Origin: Actinomycetota bacterium | GTDB lineage: Bacteria > Actinomycetota > Geothermincolia > Geothermincolales > RBG-13-55-18 | Length of the DNA: 64,000 bases | Assembly: GCA_003598015.1 (NCBI GenBank) | Contig: QZKE01000065.1 | Coordinates: 8,280-72,279, forward strand | Direction: 5' to 3' | Shown here: positions 18,553 to 27,755 of the stretch, piece after piece | How positions within the stretch are numbered: position 1 is the stretch's first letter | How the letters are laid out: the number at the start of each line of letters is the position of its first letter | Made by a program: the position numbers and the translations under genes | Notes under the pieces: generated by a model | Told to the model about the DNA's origin: nothing | Databases searched by the model: none | What the model saw: the letters and a program-made list of their open reading frames with translations, nothing else

Positions 18553-21423
18553 ATGGAGGAGCGGCTGGGAGATGTGCTGGTGGTCGGCCCGGGCCCGGTG
18601 ACCCTGGCCCAGGGGCCGTTCCTCCAGTACACGGCGGCCAGGGGCTGCCTGCAGCTGCGGGATTCAGGCATGCGTGTATTGGCCTTGGAGGACAACCCCG
18701 CCACCTTGATCGATCTGGGAGGAGGTACGGGAGACCTCTTCATGGAACCCCCCGCCGCAGAGGTGGTTGAACGTATCGTGGAGGGAAGCGGCGTCAGGTC
18801 TATGTGGTACGGACTGGGGGGAAAAAGGGGATGGACTCTGGCGGTAAGGCTCGCCCGCGAGCCATGGTACGAGGCATCTGGCATGCATGCGCCGGATCTG
18901 GACGACCGTACGCTGTGGCTTTGTGGCGATCGCTCGCTGCTGCGGGAGACGCTCGAGGCAAGCGGCATCGCCAACCCGGCATTCCGTGCCGTGGGAAGCG
19001 CCAGGGAGGGTCAGGAGGTTGCCGAGAAGCTCGGCTTTCCGCTCGTGGTCAGGCCTCATTTCTCCTGCGGGGGCTGGGGAGCCGGCCTGGCGTACAACCT
19101 CGAGGACTACCCCGAACTGCTCGAGGAAGCCATGCGCGAGAGCCTGACGGGGGAGGTGCTGGTCGAGGAGGCGCTGCATGGCTGGCGTAAATATATCGTT
19201 CTTGTGCTGCGGGACCGCGACGGCGGGATATGTATCCCGGGGTTACTGGAACAGGAGGAACCGCTTCCCAAACACGACGAGGACGCCGTGCTGGTGTACC
19301 CGCCACAGCGCGCGGGCAGGGAAGGTGAGTACGCGCTGCGCGAGATGGCGCGCAATGTCGTGGAGGCCCTGGACCTACTGGGGCTCATAGAGATAAAGCT
19401 GGCTGCCGCTCCAGGTTGGGAATCTCTCTACGTGATAGATATCAACCCCCGCCCATGGAGGGCCATGCCCCTCCTGGAGGCGGCGCGGGGAGTGGATCTG
19501 CTGCGCGCCCACCTCGACCTGCTCATGGGGAGGTCCCTGTCTGCCGGGTACGCAGAGCTCGACGCCAAACCCCCGGACTGTACCACCGTGATCGCGAGTT
19601 GCCCGGCTTATCGTACGGAAAGGGAGGGTGAAGGATATCTTGCGCTGGGTTGCAGGTCCATGGGACGCAGACTTTTCCGTGGCGGCGATGCCCGTGAGGC
19701 GGCCGCCGCCGCCGTCACGAGCCTGTCTCGTGGCCCGTACAGCGAGGTCGAGGGCGAGACGCTGAAGGCGCTCAGGGGACTGATGCGGCCAGCGAAAGGG
19801 AAAGTGCGAGCGGGCGGAGGCACCCCCGGCATGGCCGGCCAGGACGCGGAGCCATCGTATTATCGATCTTGGCCCGTAAGTGCGGGCGTCGCCGGAGGGG
19901 TGATGGTACTGGCCGGCGATAACGGGGGGCCCGGGGGTGGGTATGAGGCGAACGTAAACTGTTTCCAGGCCGTCCAGGCGTGGAAGAGCAAGGGTGGGCG
20001 CGTGGCTGTTTACACCCCCGACCCGGGTTATGCCCTCCTCGCCTCGCGTGTGGCGGATGCGGTTTTCCTCGGATCACTCGAAACGGCCGTTGTTGCACAT
20101 GCCGTATCCGTGCTGGACGCGGAGTGCCTGACGGCTCATTTCGGAGGCCGTGCCGCGATGGATATCGCGGCGGATATGGCGGATAGAGGGATGGTTGTGT
20201 GGGGGATGCAGGCTCTTCAGGGCGGAGGGAGGCTCACGTCGGCACTGAGAAGAGCGGGTGAATCCGGTATCAAGGTAGTAGATTTCAAGATGAGCAAGGG
20301 TAGAGAAGAGGGTGAAGGGGTCCTGGAGGGAGCGTCTTATCCCCTGCTGGCGACGGAGGAAGGAGCCGGGAAGAGGCCCGTCCATCGGCTCGTATACACG
20401 CCGGAGGAAGGGAGGGAAATGCTGCGTGGCCATCAGGGGGACATACTGTGGCGACCGCTGAAGGAGGAAGCCCAGGAGGTACAGGTCGAGGCGGTGGCCA
20501 CGAACGGCGGCCATGTCGTACTCCTCTGGGAACAGGTCGACGCGGCGGGTATGTACTCCACGGACGGTCTGGCCGTATTCCCCCCGTGCTACCTCACGTC
20601 GGAGCAGTCGCGCAAAGCGCTTGAACTGGCCAGGGAAGCCATAGATGCTTTGGGGTGGAGGGGCAATCTCTCCATGCGTATTCATATACACAATGGAGAT
20701 ATAGGTATTTGGAGCCTGTCTCCCGGCCCTTCCGCAAGCCTGCCGTTCCTGTACCGCGCTTCCTCGCTGCCGCTGGCGGCATACGGCATGCTGACTCTGG
20801 GTGGCGGCAGGGACATAGAGATGCAGGCGGCCTGCGAGCCATGCAGTGCCGTAAGGGCGCCGCTCATACCCTTCGGGATGATCGCTGGTGCGGATATTCT
20901 GCCATCCCCCCAGCGCCGTTCCAGCGGCGCGGTCATAGGCATGGCCAACGATCCCGGCATGGCTTTCGCGAAGGCGCTATGGAGCCAGGGCCTCAGGCCG
21001 CAACCTGGAGGAGTGGCTTTCCTGAGCGTGGCGAATCGCGACAAAAGACGGGCGTTGCTGCTGGCGCGGGAACTCCAGGAGGCCGGTTATATCCTCAAGG
21101 CTACCCGGGGTACGGCCCATGCGCTGGCGGCCGCGGGGATCGAGGCGGAGGCAGTGAACAAGCTGCGGGAAGGAAGGCCGAACATCCTCGACCTCATACG
21201 CAATGGCCAGGTGGGCCTGGTGGTCAACATACCGCGCGGCAAATACCCCCACTCCGATGGATTCTATATCCGGGCGGCGTCGGTGCGCCACGGTATCCCC
21301 TGCGTCACCAATATGGAAGTCGCGCTGACCCTGGCGCGGGCCATGCGACAGGCGGACCCCCCGGCATGGGAGATCATGCCCCTGGAGGGCTACTGCCGGG
21401 TCAGACGCGAGATAAGGGGTTGA
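18553..21423 (+). CDS. carB: Carbamoyl-phosphate synthase large-subunit homologue, divergent/degenerate (no carA neighbour)
   Basis: 956 aa, collinear with CarB. It has two ATP-grasp-like halves (GFPLVVRPHFSCGGWGAGLAY...VIDINPRPWRA; second half ...IWSLSPGPSASLPF) and a C-terminal MGS-like domain (VAFLSVANRDKRRALLLARELQEAGYILKATRGTAHAL). Many canonical motifs are substituted. Confidence 0.7.
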   Translation: MEERLGDVLVVGPGPVTLAQGPFLQYTAARGCLQLRDSGMRVLALEDNPATLIDLGGGTGDLFMEPPAAEVVERIVEGSGVRSMWYGLGGKRGWTLAVRLAREPWYEASGMHAPDLDDRTLWLCGDRSLLRETLEASGIANPAFRAVGSAREGQEVAEKLGFPLVVRPHFSCGGWGAGLAYNLEDYPELLEEAMRESLTGEVLVEEALHGWRKYIVLVLRDRDGGICIPGLLEQEEPLPKHDEDAVLVYPPQRAGREGEYALREMARNVVEALDLLGLIEIKLAAAPGWESLYVIDINPRPWRAMPLLEAARGVDLLRAHLDLLMGRSLSAGYAELDAKPPDCTTVIASCPAYRTEREGEGYLALGCRSMGRRLFRGGDAREAAAAAVTSLSRGPYSEVEGETLKALRGLMRPAKGKVRAGGGTPGMAGQDAEPSYYRSWPVSAGVAGGVMVLAGDNGGPGGGYEANVNCFQAVQAWKSKGGRVAVYTPDPGYALLASRVADAVFLGSLETAVVAHAVSVLDAECLTAHFGGRAAMDIAADMADRGMVVWGMQALQGGGRLTSALRRAGESGIKVVDFKMSKGREEGEGVLEGASYPLLATEEGAGKRPVHRLVYTPEEGREMLRGHQGDILWRPLKEEAQEVQVEAVATNGGHVVLLWEQVDAAGMYSTDGLAVFPPCYLTSEQSRKALELAREAIDALGWRGNLSMRIHIHNGDIGIWSLSPGPSASLPFLYRASSLPLAAYGMLTLGGGRDIEMQAACEPCSAVRAPLIPFGMIAGADILPSPQRRSSGAVIGMANDPGMAFAKALWSQGLRPQPGGVAFLSVANRDKRRALLLARELQEAGYILKATRGTAHALAAAGIEAEAVNKLREGRPNILDLIRNGQVGLVVNIPRGKYPHSDGFYIRAASVRHGIPCVTNMEVALTLARAMRQADPPAWEIMPLEGYCRVRREIRG

Positions 21424-21428
21424 CGAGT

Positions 21429-22208
21429 TTGCCCGGGCGATACAGGGCGAAAGTGATGGCGAGGAGGCAGTGCGGCTGTTTCGTAGAGCTCACCATGGAG
21501 ATGGGAGAACCGTTTGCCGCCGCACCCGGACAATTCGTGCACGTTCGCTGTGAAGTCCCGGGCTTGATCCTGCGGCGTCCCTATAGCCTATACGATGTCC
21601 GTAAGGGATCTGCGTCGTTGCTGATCAGGGAGGTGGGTGCCGGCTCTGCGTGGTTGTGCGCGGTGGAAGAAGGTTGTGAGCTCGATATGCTGGGACCTCT
21701 GGGCAGGGGGTTCTCCATGTCCGCCGGGGGCAGGCACGCGCTCATCGCCGGTGGTACGGGCATAGCCGCCATACGCTTCCTGGCCACACGCCTGATGGAG
21801 CTGGACGGGGATACGGTCGTGTTCTGGGGAGTGGAAGGGGAAAAGGAATGCGGGGGCTTGCACGGCGCGCTGGATGGAGAATTCGATCTGCGACTGGCAA
21901 CCATGGATGGCAGCGCGGGATATGCGGGCAACGTGATCGAGCTCTTCCGGGCATCGGGTACGGAGGGATTCACGGGTATCTATGCATGCGGGCCGAGAGG
22001 GATGCTCGCGGGTCTTGCCGAATGCATCGGTAGCGAAGGGCTCGCGCGCCTCCAGGTGTGCATGGAAGAGCGCATGGCATGCGGGGTCGGGGCTTGCAGG
22101 GGTTGTGCCGTGCCGGTTTCTTCGCCGCCCGGCGGCTACCTGACGGCGTGCAAGGACGGCCCGGTATTCACGGGAAGGGAGTTGGATTGGCGGAGGATAA
22201 ACGGGTAG
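21429..22208 (+). CDS. pyrK: Dihydroorotate dehydrogenase (type 1B) electron-transfer subunit PyrK
   Basis: FAD/NAD-binding pattern (RRPYSLY, GPLGRGF, LIAGGTGIAAI) and the C-terminal 2Fe-2S motif CMEERMACGVGACRGC. TTG 21429 follows an AAGGGG RBS; ATG 21456 is an alternative. The track ORF from 20655 runs inside carB and is rejected. Confidence 0.88.
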   Translation: MPGRYRAKVMARRQCGCFVELTMEMGEPFAAAPGQFVHVRCEVPGLILRRPYSLYDVRKGSASLLIREVGAGSAWLCAVEEGCELDMLGPLGRGFSMSAGGRHALIAGGTGIAAIRFLATRLMELDGDTVVFWGVEGEKECGGLHGALDGEFDLRLATMDGSAGYAGNVIELFRASGTEGFTGIYACGPRGMLAGLAECIGSEGLARLQVCMEERMACGVGACRGCAVPVSSPPGGYLTACKDGPVFTGRELDWRRING

Positions 22209-23122
22209 ACCTGGGAATAGAGCTCTCCGGCATCAGGCTCAGGAACCCCGTGCTGGTATGCTCGGGTACGTATGGAAACGGCAGGGAGTACGCGGAGTGG
22301 TTGGAGCTGGAGGCGCTGGGAGGCCTGATGACCAAATCCGTCACGCTCGCGCCCTGTCCCGGGAACGCGCCTCCGCGTCTGTGGGAAACGCCGTCCGGCA
22401 TGCTCAACTCCATCGGGCTGGAGAATGCGGGACTCGAGCGTTTCCTCGCGGACGAGCTTACCTGGCTGTCCCACCTTGATCTTCCCGTGTGGGTGAACGT
22501 GGCCGGATTCAGCCCGGAGGAATACGTGGAAGTGGCCGGGGAGATATCCCGTACAGGCCTGGCGGCCGCATTGGAGCTGAATATCTCCTGCCCCAACGTG
22601 AAGCGGGGCGGCATACACTTTTCCCATGATGCGCACGAGGCTGCCGCACTGGTGGAGCTGGTGAAAGCGGAGATAGAGATACCTCTCTACGTGAAGCTGA
22701 CGCCGCGCTGCACGGATATCGCGCACACGGCGGCGATGGTGGCGGCGGCGGGGGCGGACGGTATAAGCATGATCAACACCTTCCCGGCCATGGCCGTGGA
22801 TATCGAGACCGCGAGCCCCCGCCTGGGAAACGTGACTGGAGGCCTGTCCGGACCCGCCATCCACCCCATCGCCGTACGTATGGTGTGGGAGGTCGCACGT
22901 GCCGTGGATCTGCCCATCATCGGCATGGGTGGTATCTGGACCTGGAAGGACGCCGTGGAGATGATGATGGTCGGGTCCGACGCCGTGGCTGTTGGCACCC
23001 TCAACTTCGCCGATCCCGCTGCTCCCCTGGGAATAGTGGACGGCATTGCCGCGTTCCTCGAGCGCAAGGGTATGGATTCCGTGACAGAGCTGGTGGACAT
23101 GGTACGTGGGGAGGATGAGTGA
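22187..23122 (+). CDS. pyrD: Dihydroorotate dehydrogenase catalytic subunit (type 1B)
   Basis: LGIELSGIRLRNPVLVCSGTYG..., NSIGLENAG, ELNISCPNV, GISMINT, GGLSGPAIHPIA, IIGMGGI. TTG 22187 follows a GGGAAGGGAG RBS and overlaps the pyrK end. Confidence 0.92.
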   Translation: MAEDKRVDLGIELSGIRLRNPVLVCSGTYGNGREYAEWLELEALGGLMTKSVTLAPCPGNAPPRLWETPSGMLNSIGLENAGLERFLADELTWLSHLDLPVWVNVAGFSPEEYVEVAGEISRTGLAAALELNISCPNVKRGGIHFSHDAHEAAALVELVKAEIEIPLYVKLTPRCTDIAHTAAMVAAAGADGISMINTFPAMAVDIETASPRLGNVTGGLSGPAIHPIAVRMVWEVARAVDLPIIGMGGIWTWKDAVEMMMVGSDAVAVGTLNFADPAAPLGIVDGIAAFLERKGMDSVTELVDMVRGEDE

Positions 23123-23123
23123 G

Positions 23124-23852
23124 ATGGCCGTTGCGCCCGACCCCATAATCGTCGCCCTGGATCTGGACGGAAGGGAACGCCTGTTGAGAATCGCGGAGAC
23201 CCTGAGGGGAGAGGTCGAGACGGTGAAGATCGGCTTGGAGGCATATACGCACATGGGTCCCGAGATACTCATGGCATTGACGGAGATGGGCTTCCAGGTT
23301 TTCGCCGATCTCAAGCTGAACGATATACCGAACACGGTAAGCGGTGCGGTGAAGGGCCTGGTGCAAAAAGGGGCCGGTATGCTGACCGTGCATGTGAGTG
23401 GGGGGCGGAGGATGATGGAGGCGGCGGTGGGGGCGGCGAAGGGGGAGTCGGATAGGCTGGGCGTCACCATGCCACTCGTGCTGGGGGTTACCGTCCTCAC
23501 CAGCCTCGACGATGCCGCCGTCGCTGAGATAGGATGGTCTGGCAATGCCGCGGATACGGTGCTTTCCCTGGCCGGCCTGGGCCTGGAAAGCGGGCTGCAA
23601 GGAGTAGTGGCGTCGGCACGAGAGGCAGCCGACTTACGGGCATCCCTGGGAACGCAGGCTGTAATTGTGACGCCAGGCATTCGCCTGCAGGGCGGCGGGC
23701 ATCAGGATCAGGCGAGGACGGCCTCCCCCGCGGAGGCGCTCGGCGCGGGCGCGGATTACCTGGTGGTGGGCAGGCCGGTGACCGCAAGCGCGGATCCCGT
23801 GGCTGCTTTGCACGAGATAAGGACGGCGGCGGGATTGCGGGGGCGGGCGTGA
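23124..23852 (+). CDS. pyrF: Orotidine 5'-phosphate decarboxylase
   Basis: MAVAPDPIIVALDLD...VKIGLEAY...VFADLKLNDIPNTV...LVVGRPV. ATG 23124 follows GGGGAGG; GTG 23106 and ATG 23115 are alternative starts. Confidence 0.92.
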   Translation: MAVAPDPIIVALDLDGRERLLRIAETLRGEVETVKIGLEAYTHMGPEILMALTEMGFQVFADLKLNDIPNTVSGAVKGLVQKGAGMLTVHVSGGRRMMEAAVGAAKGESDRLGVTMPLVLGVTVLTSLDDAAVAEIGWSGNAADTVLSLAGLGLESGLQGVVASAREAADLRASLGTQAVIVTPGIRLQGGGHQDQARTASPAEALGAGADYLVVGRPVTASADPVAALHEIRTAAGLRGRA

Positions 23853-23952
23853 GGCGGATCGCGCAAGGAAACGTTTGGGTCATGGCGGAAAGATGGAACG
23901 TTCGCAAGGCGCCAACCGCTGGCAGATGGCGATAAGGAGGGGGGAGTGAAAG

Positions 23953-24525
23953 ATGAACCAATGGGAGGTGCTGGAGATATTCGAGAAGGAAGGGGCGGTC
24001 CAGAAAGGGCATTTCCTCCTCACCTCGGGACTGCACAGTGACACCTACGTACAATGCGCCAGGGTGCTGCAGCATCCTCACCTGGCCGAGAGCCTGGCGG
24101 ACGAGCTGGCCAAGGGATTCACCCCTCAGGATATCGATGTGGTGGTCAGCCCGGCCCTGGGGGGGATCATCATCGGGTACATGGTCGCCATGGCCATGAG
24201 GAAGCGCATGCTTTTCGCCGAGCGCATGGAAGGCGAGCTCCACCTGCGCCGCGGCCAGCAGCTATCGCGTGGTGAGAGGACGCTGATAGTGGAGGACGTG
24301 ATCACCACGGGAGGTTCGGTGCACGAGTTGATGGCACTGGTGGAGGCAGCCGGTGCGAGCGTTGGGGGATTGGGAGCCCTGATCGAGCGCAGCGAGGACA
24401 GGGAATTCGGCGTCGTCAAGAAGGTGCTGTTGAGATTGGAAACATCTGCCTGGGAAGCTGTGCATTGCCCGCTTTGCCGAGAGGGGGTGAAAATGGAAGC
24501 GCCTGGAAGCAGAAGGCTGGCGTGA
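23953..24525 (+). CDS. pyrE: Orotate phosphoribosyltransferase
   Basis: GAVQKGHFLLTSGLHSDTYVQC... and the PRPP motif TLIVEDVITTGGS. 190 aa, last gene of the pyr operon. Confidence 0.92.
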   Translation: MNQWEVLEIFEKEGAVQKGHFLLTSGLHSDTYVQCARVLQHPHLAESLADELAKGFTPQDIDVVVSPALGGIIIGYMVAMAMRKRMLFAERMEGELHLRRGQQLSRGERTLIVEDVITTGGSVHELMALVEAAGASVGGLGALIERSEDREFGVVKKVLLRLETSAWEAVHCPLCREGVKMEAPGSRRLA

Positions 24526-24649
24526 GTGCGGGTGAATACCACTGCGTCGTGAGGGTGAAGGGGATATATGGCTTGTATGCAGGTAAAAGGAGGTTTATAC
24601 TAATCTAGATTGTTGCTGTAGGGAAAGCTTTGATTCGAGGAGGGTGAGA

Positions 24650-24967
24650 ATGGCTAAGCAAAAGCTCCCGGAATTGACAGCCGAACAGCGCAAGGCAGCC
24701 TTGGAGAAGGCGGCAAAGGTAAGGAAGGAAAGGGCTGAGATCAAGAAGAAGCTCAAGGCGGGTCAACTGAAGGTCAGCGATATATTGAACAAGGCAAGCG
24801 ACGAGATCTATGGCAAGATGACGGTTAAATCGGTAATAGAATCGGTTCCGGGCGTGGGCAAGCTGCGTGCCGCGAAGATAATGGAGGAGATCGGCATAAG
24901 CACCTCTCGCCGCGTAAAGGGACTGGGCCCGAAGCAGATCAAGGCGCTAAAGGAGAGGTTTGCCTGA
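24650..24967 (+). CDS. mihF: Integration host factor, actinobacterial type (mIHF)
   Basis: MAKQKLPELTAEQRKAALEKAAKVRKERAEIKKKLK...VPGVGKLRAAKIMEEIGISTSRRVKGLG is collinear with mycobacterial mIHF. GAGGAGGG RBS 6 nt upstream. Followed by gmk, as in Actinobacteria. Confidence 0.88.
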   Translation: MAKQKLPELTAEQRKAALEKAAKVRKERAEIKKKLKAGQLKVSDILNKASDEIYGKMTVKSVIESVPGVGKLRAAKIMEEIGISTSRRVKGLGPKQIKALKERFA

Positions 24968-25036
24968 ACGGCAAACGTCAACGTATAGGCGACAGACCGC
25001 AACAGAGCACCTTTAATAATACCTGCAGGTGAGGTA

Positions 25037-25612
25037 ATGCCCCAGGGACGTCTTTTTGTCGTCGCCGGTCCGTCGGGCGCGGGGAAAGGCACATTGATCG
25101 GGGAGTTGTTGAAGCGTTACCCGTCTGCCAGCCTTTCGGTATCCGCAACCACGAGAAGGCCAAGGCCGGGTGAGGTTGACGGGTTGCAATACTATTTCCT
25201 GGATGAGGAGGAGTTCAGGGACCAAGCGGGCAAAGACATGTTCCTGGAGTGGGCGGAGGTGCACGGCAATCTCTATGGCACTCCCAGGGCGAAGGTCGAG
25301 CAGGACCTCGCCGAGAGCCGTGACGTGATCCTGGAAATTGACGTCCAGGGAGCCAGGCAGGTGAGGGAAAAGGTCCCGGGCGCGGTGGCCATCTTCGTGC
25401 ACACACCCTCACTAGAGGTATTGGAGGAGAGGCTGCGCAAGCGTGGGACTGAGGAAAAACGGGAATTGGAGAGGCGTCTCCGTAACGCGCTTGAGGAAAG
25501 CAGGGAAAAAGACGATTACGATTATGCGGTATTGAATGACGAGTTCCATCGCGCCGTAGAGGAATTCTGTGCTATATATGAGAGGGAAAGCCCGCTGGCG
25601 AAGAGGAATTGA
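25037..25612 (+). CDS. gmk: Guanylate kinase
   Basis: P-loop GPSGAGKGTL, SATTRRPRPGEVDGLQYYF, EWAEVHGNLYGT. Confidence 0.95.
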   Translation: MPQGRLFVVAGPSGAGKGTLIGELLKRYPSASLSVSATTRRPRPGEVDGLQYYFLDEEEFRDQAGKDMFLEWAEVHGNLYGTPRAKVEQDLAESRDVILEIDVQGARQVREKVPGAVAIFVHTPSLEVLEERLRKRGTEEKRELERRLRNALEESREKDDYDYAVLNDEFHRAVEEFCAIYERESPLAKRN

Positions 25613-25634
25613 TTGAACGGGAGGTTTCAAACGC

Positions 25635-25880
25635 GTGTTGATGAAGACCAGGATCGATGATCTGCTGCTATGGATCGACAACTCGAGGTTCGGATTGACC
25701 ATAACCGCTGCCAAGAGAGCCAGGCAGATTAACAATTATTTCCGTCATCTTGGAGAGGGCCTGGGGCAGGAAGCGGGGCCGCAGATAAGATCCGCTTCGA
25801 ATAAATCCCTCACCCTTGCCCTGGAGGAGATCGCCGCTGATAAGCTGGAGTTCGAACACCCCGAAGATGGGGCGATATAG
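25635..25880 (+). CDS. rpoZ: DNA-directed RNA polymerase subunit omega
   Basis: 81 aa, SRFGLTITAAKRARQIN core. Follows gmk. GTG start, with TTG 25638 or ATG 25641 as alternatives. Confidence 0.88.
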   Translation: MLMKTRIDDLLLWIDNSRFGLTITAAKRARQINNYFRHLGEGLGQEAGPQIRSASNKSLTLALEEIAADKLEFEHPEDGAI

Positions 25881-25909
25881 GCGTCGGAACATATCTGTTT
25901 TCCTGCTCT

Positions 25910-27112
25910 ATGAACTGCATTGTTTTAGGTGTGACGGGTGGTATCGCCGCTTATAAAGCGGTGGACTTGGCGCGCCAGCTTGTCCTGCGCGGTTTCGAGG
26001 TCAAGACGATCATGACCGAACATGCCACCCGCCTCATCGGCCCCGCCACGTTCCGGGCCATCACCGGCAATCCCGTAGCCCGGTCCATGTTCGCTGATGA
26101 AGGCGAGCCCATGCAACACATATCACTGGCCAGGGAGGCGGATCTGATCATCGTGGCTCCTGCGACGGCAAATATAATCGCCAAGATGGCTAACGGGTTG
26201 GCGGACGACCTTCTCTCTACAATGCTTCTGGCGACGCGCGCGCCCATCATGGTGGCGCCGGCCATGAACCTGGAGATGTGGCGCCATGCAGCGACGCGCG
26301 CGAACCTGGAGGTGTTGCGGACGAGGGGAGTCCGTATCGTGGGCCCGGAAAGTGGTTTCCTTGCCTGTGGAGAAGAAGGCGAAGGAAGGATGACGGAACC
26401 AGACCTCATCCTGGAGGCGGCCCTGGACATCCTGGGCATCACCGCGAGCATGGAGGGCAGGACGGTCCTGGTCACGGCCGGAGGGACGCGGGAACCCATA
26501 GACCCGGTCCGGTATATCGGCAACCGCTCCAGCGGAAAGATGGGCTATGCGCTGGCCGCAGCGGCAAGGCGTATGGGCGCGCGCGTCATCTTGGTCAGCG
26601 GGCCGACATACCTCCAGGCGCCACAGGGCGTGGAGGTAATCGCGGTTGAGACCGCCGAGGAGATGTGGCGAGAGGTAATGGCGCGGGAGGAGGATTGTGA
26701 CGTGGTGATCATGGCCGCGGCCGTCGCCGATTTCTCCCCCCAGGCGCGTAAGAGCGAGAAGATCAAGAAAGATGGGCGTGAAGGGTTGACGCTGGAATGC
26801 CGGCCCACCAGGGATATACTCAGGGATCTGGGGCAGAAGAACAGGCCGGAGCGGGTACTGGTGGGATTTGCCGCCGAAACAGGGAAGCCGGTGGAAAACG
26901 CCGTGCATAAACTGCATGCCAAGGGCGCCGACATGATAGTGGCCAACGATGTGTCGACACTGGGATCGGGCTTTGATTCCGATTTCAACAAAGCGACGAT
27001 GGTGTACGGAGATGGGAGAGTCATCGACCTTGACCTGATGCCCAAAATCGAGCTGGCGGCGCGCATATGGGATGCCGTGATCGCATTGCTGGAAGCCGGG
27101 GAAACACGATAG
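25910..27112 (+). CDS. coaBC: Bifunctional phosphopantothenoylcysteine decarboxylase / phosphopantothenate-cysteine ligase
   Basis: 400 aa. VLGVTGGIAAYKAVDL, APATANIIAKMANGLADD and PAMN (flavoprotein half), plus VTAGGTREPIDPVRYIGNRSSGKMG and AAVADF (ligase half). Confidence 0.95.
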   Translation: MNCIVLGVTGGIAAYKAVDLARQLVLRGFEVKTIMTEHATRLIGPATFRAITGNPVARSMFADEGEPMQHISLAREADLIIVAPATANIIAKMANGLADDLLSTMLLATRAPIMVAPAMNLEMWRHAATRANLEVLRTRGVRIVGPESGFLACGEEGEGRMTEPDLILEAALDILGITASMEGRTVLVTAGGTREPIDPVRYIGNRSSGKMGYALAAAARRMGARVILVSGPTYLQAPQGVEVIAVETAEEMWREVMAREEDCDVVIMAAAVADFSPQARKSEKIKKDGREGLTLECRPTRDILRDLGQKNRPERVLVGFAAETGKPVENAVHKLHAKGADMIVANDVSTLGSGFDSDFNKATMVYGDGRVIDLDLMPKIELAARIWDAVIALLEAGETR

Positions 27113-27207
27113 AATCTCAAGGCGATACGCGGCCGCGTCGATACATTAGTGGTGTGAGAGGCGGGAAGCACAAGCCTTTTCGCTCATGGGCGTTGGAGGA
27201 ACAAGAA

Positions 27208-27552
27208 TTGGCGAAGATCACTAAGCAGGGAATCATCCTCAACGTATCCACGTATCCTTTGCCCACGCTTATGCCCAAGCGTATAGACCGCAAATCAAAG
27301 ACACTGACCTTCGATATAAATTTTGACCTGGTGGAGGACGAGGGCAAGAGCACCAGGATATGGTTCTACCGTGGGTTCCGTTTCCCTCCCCCCCTCAACG
27401 ATGGCGATCGCGTCAAGGTCATCGGTAAGTACGGGCACGTCTCCAAGGACGTATTCTACGCGTCCAAGATAATAGACCCCGGGAGGGAGAGAGTATATAC
27501 TGGTTTTCGCAACCGGAAGATCAAGCCCGACGAGGCCGCCCAACTCACCTGA
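27208..27552 (+). CDS. Hypothetical small protein
   Basis: TTG 27208 is preceded by GGAGGAA at 6-nt spacing; GTG 27154 and track ATG 27067 (overlapping coaBC) are alternatives. No recognisable motif. GC visibly lower than the neighbours. Confidence 0.45.
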   Translation: MAKITKQGIILNVSTYPLPTLMPKRIDRKSKTLTFDINFDLVEDEGKSTRIWFYRGFRFPPPLNDGDRVKVIGKYGHVSKDVFYASKIIDPGRERVYTGFRNRKIKPDEAAQLT

Positions 27553-27585
27553 TCTTCATGGCAACAGCGGGTCCACCGCGAACGG

Positions 27586-27673
27586 GTCGGAGTGGCGGAA
27601 TCGGTAGACGCGCTAGGTTGAGGGCCTAGTGAGGAATTTCCTCATGGGGGTTCAAGTCCCCCCTCCGACACCA
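27586..27673 (+). tRNA. tRNA-Leu (anticodon GAG), CCA encoded
   Basis: Manual cloverleaf: acceptor GTCGGAG/CTCCGAC; D arm GCG-GAATCGGTAGA-CGC; anticodon stem CTAGG/CCTAG with loop TTGAGGG; long variable arm (GAGGA-ATT-TCCTC); T arm GGGGG-TTCAAGT-CCCCC; discriminator A plus CCA. Confidence 0.93.
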
Positions 27674-27679
27674 TAAGTT

Positions 27680-27703
27680 AACCCCGGCACAGGCCGGGGT
27701 TTT
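27680..27703 (+). terminator. Hairpin terminator after tRNA-Leu
   Basis: AACCCCGGC-acag-GCCGGGGTT followed by TT(A), 7 nt after the tRNA. It could also terminate the convergent corrinoid-protein gene. Confidence 0.6.
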
Positions 27704-27755
27704 AACGTATGGCGCCGCAGGCAGGCGGGCGAGGAGAAGGGTAATGGCTGAGCGG

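Noticed and set aside
20655-21428. N-terminal 258 aa of the 517-aa track ORF 20655..22208
   Set aside because: This part lies inside carB in another frame and is Arg/Gly/Pro-rich. The PyrK homology begins only near 21429-21456, where an RBS and start codons exist.
22136-23680. 514-aa minus-strand ORF
   Set aside because: It is antisense to pyrD and pyrF, both of which have unambiguous family motifs.
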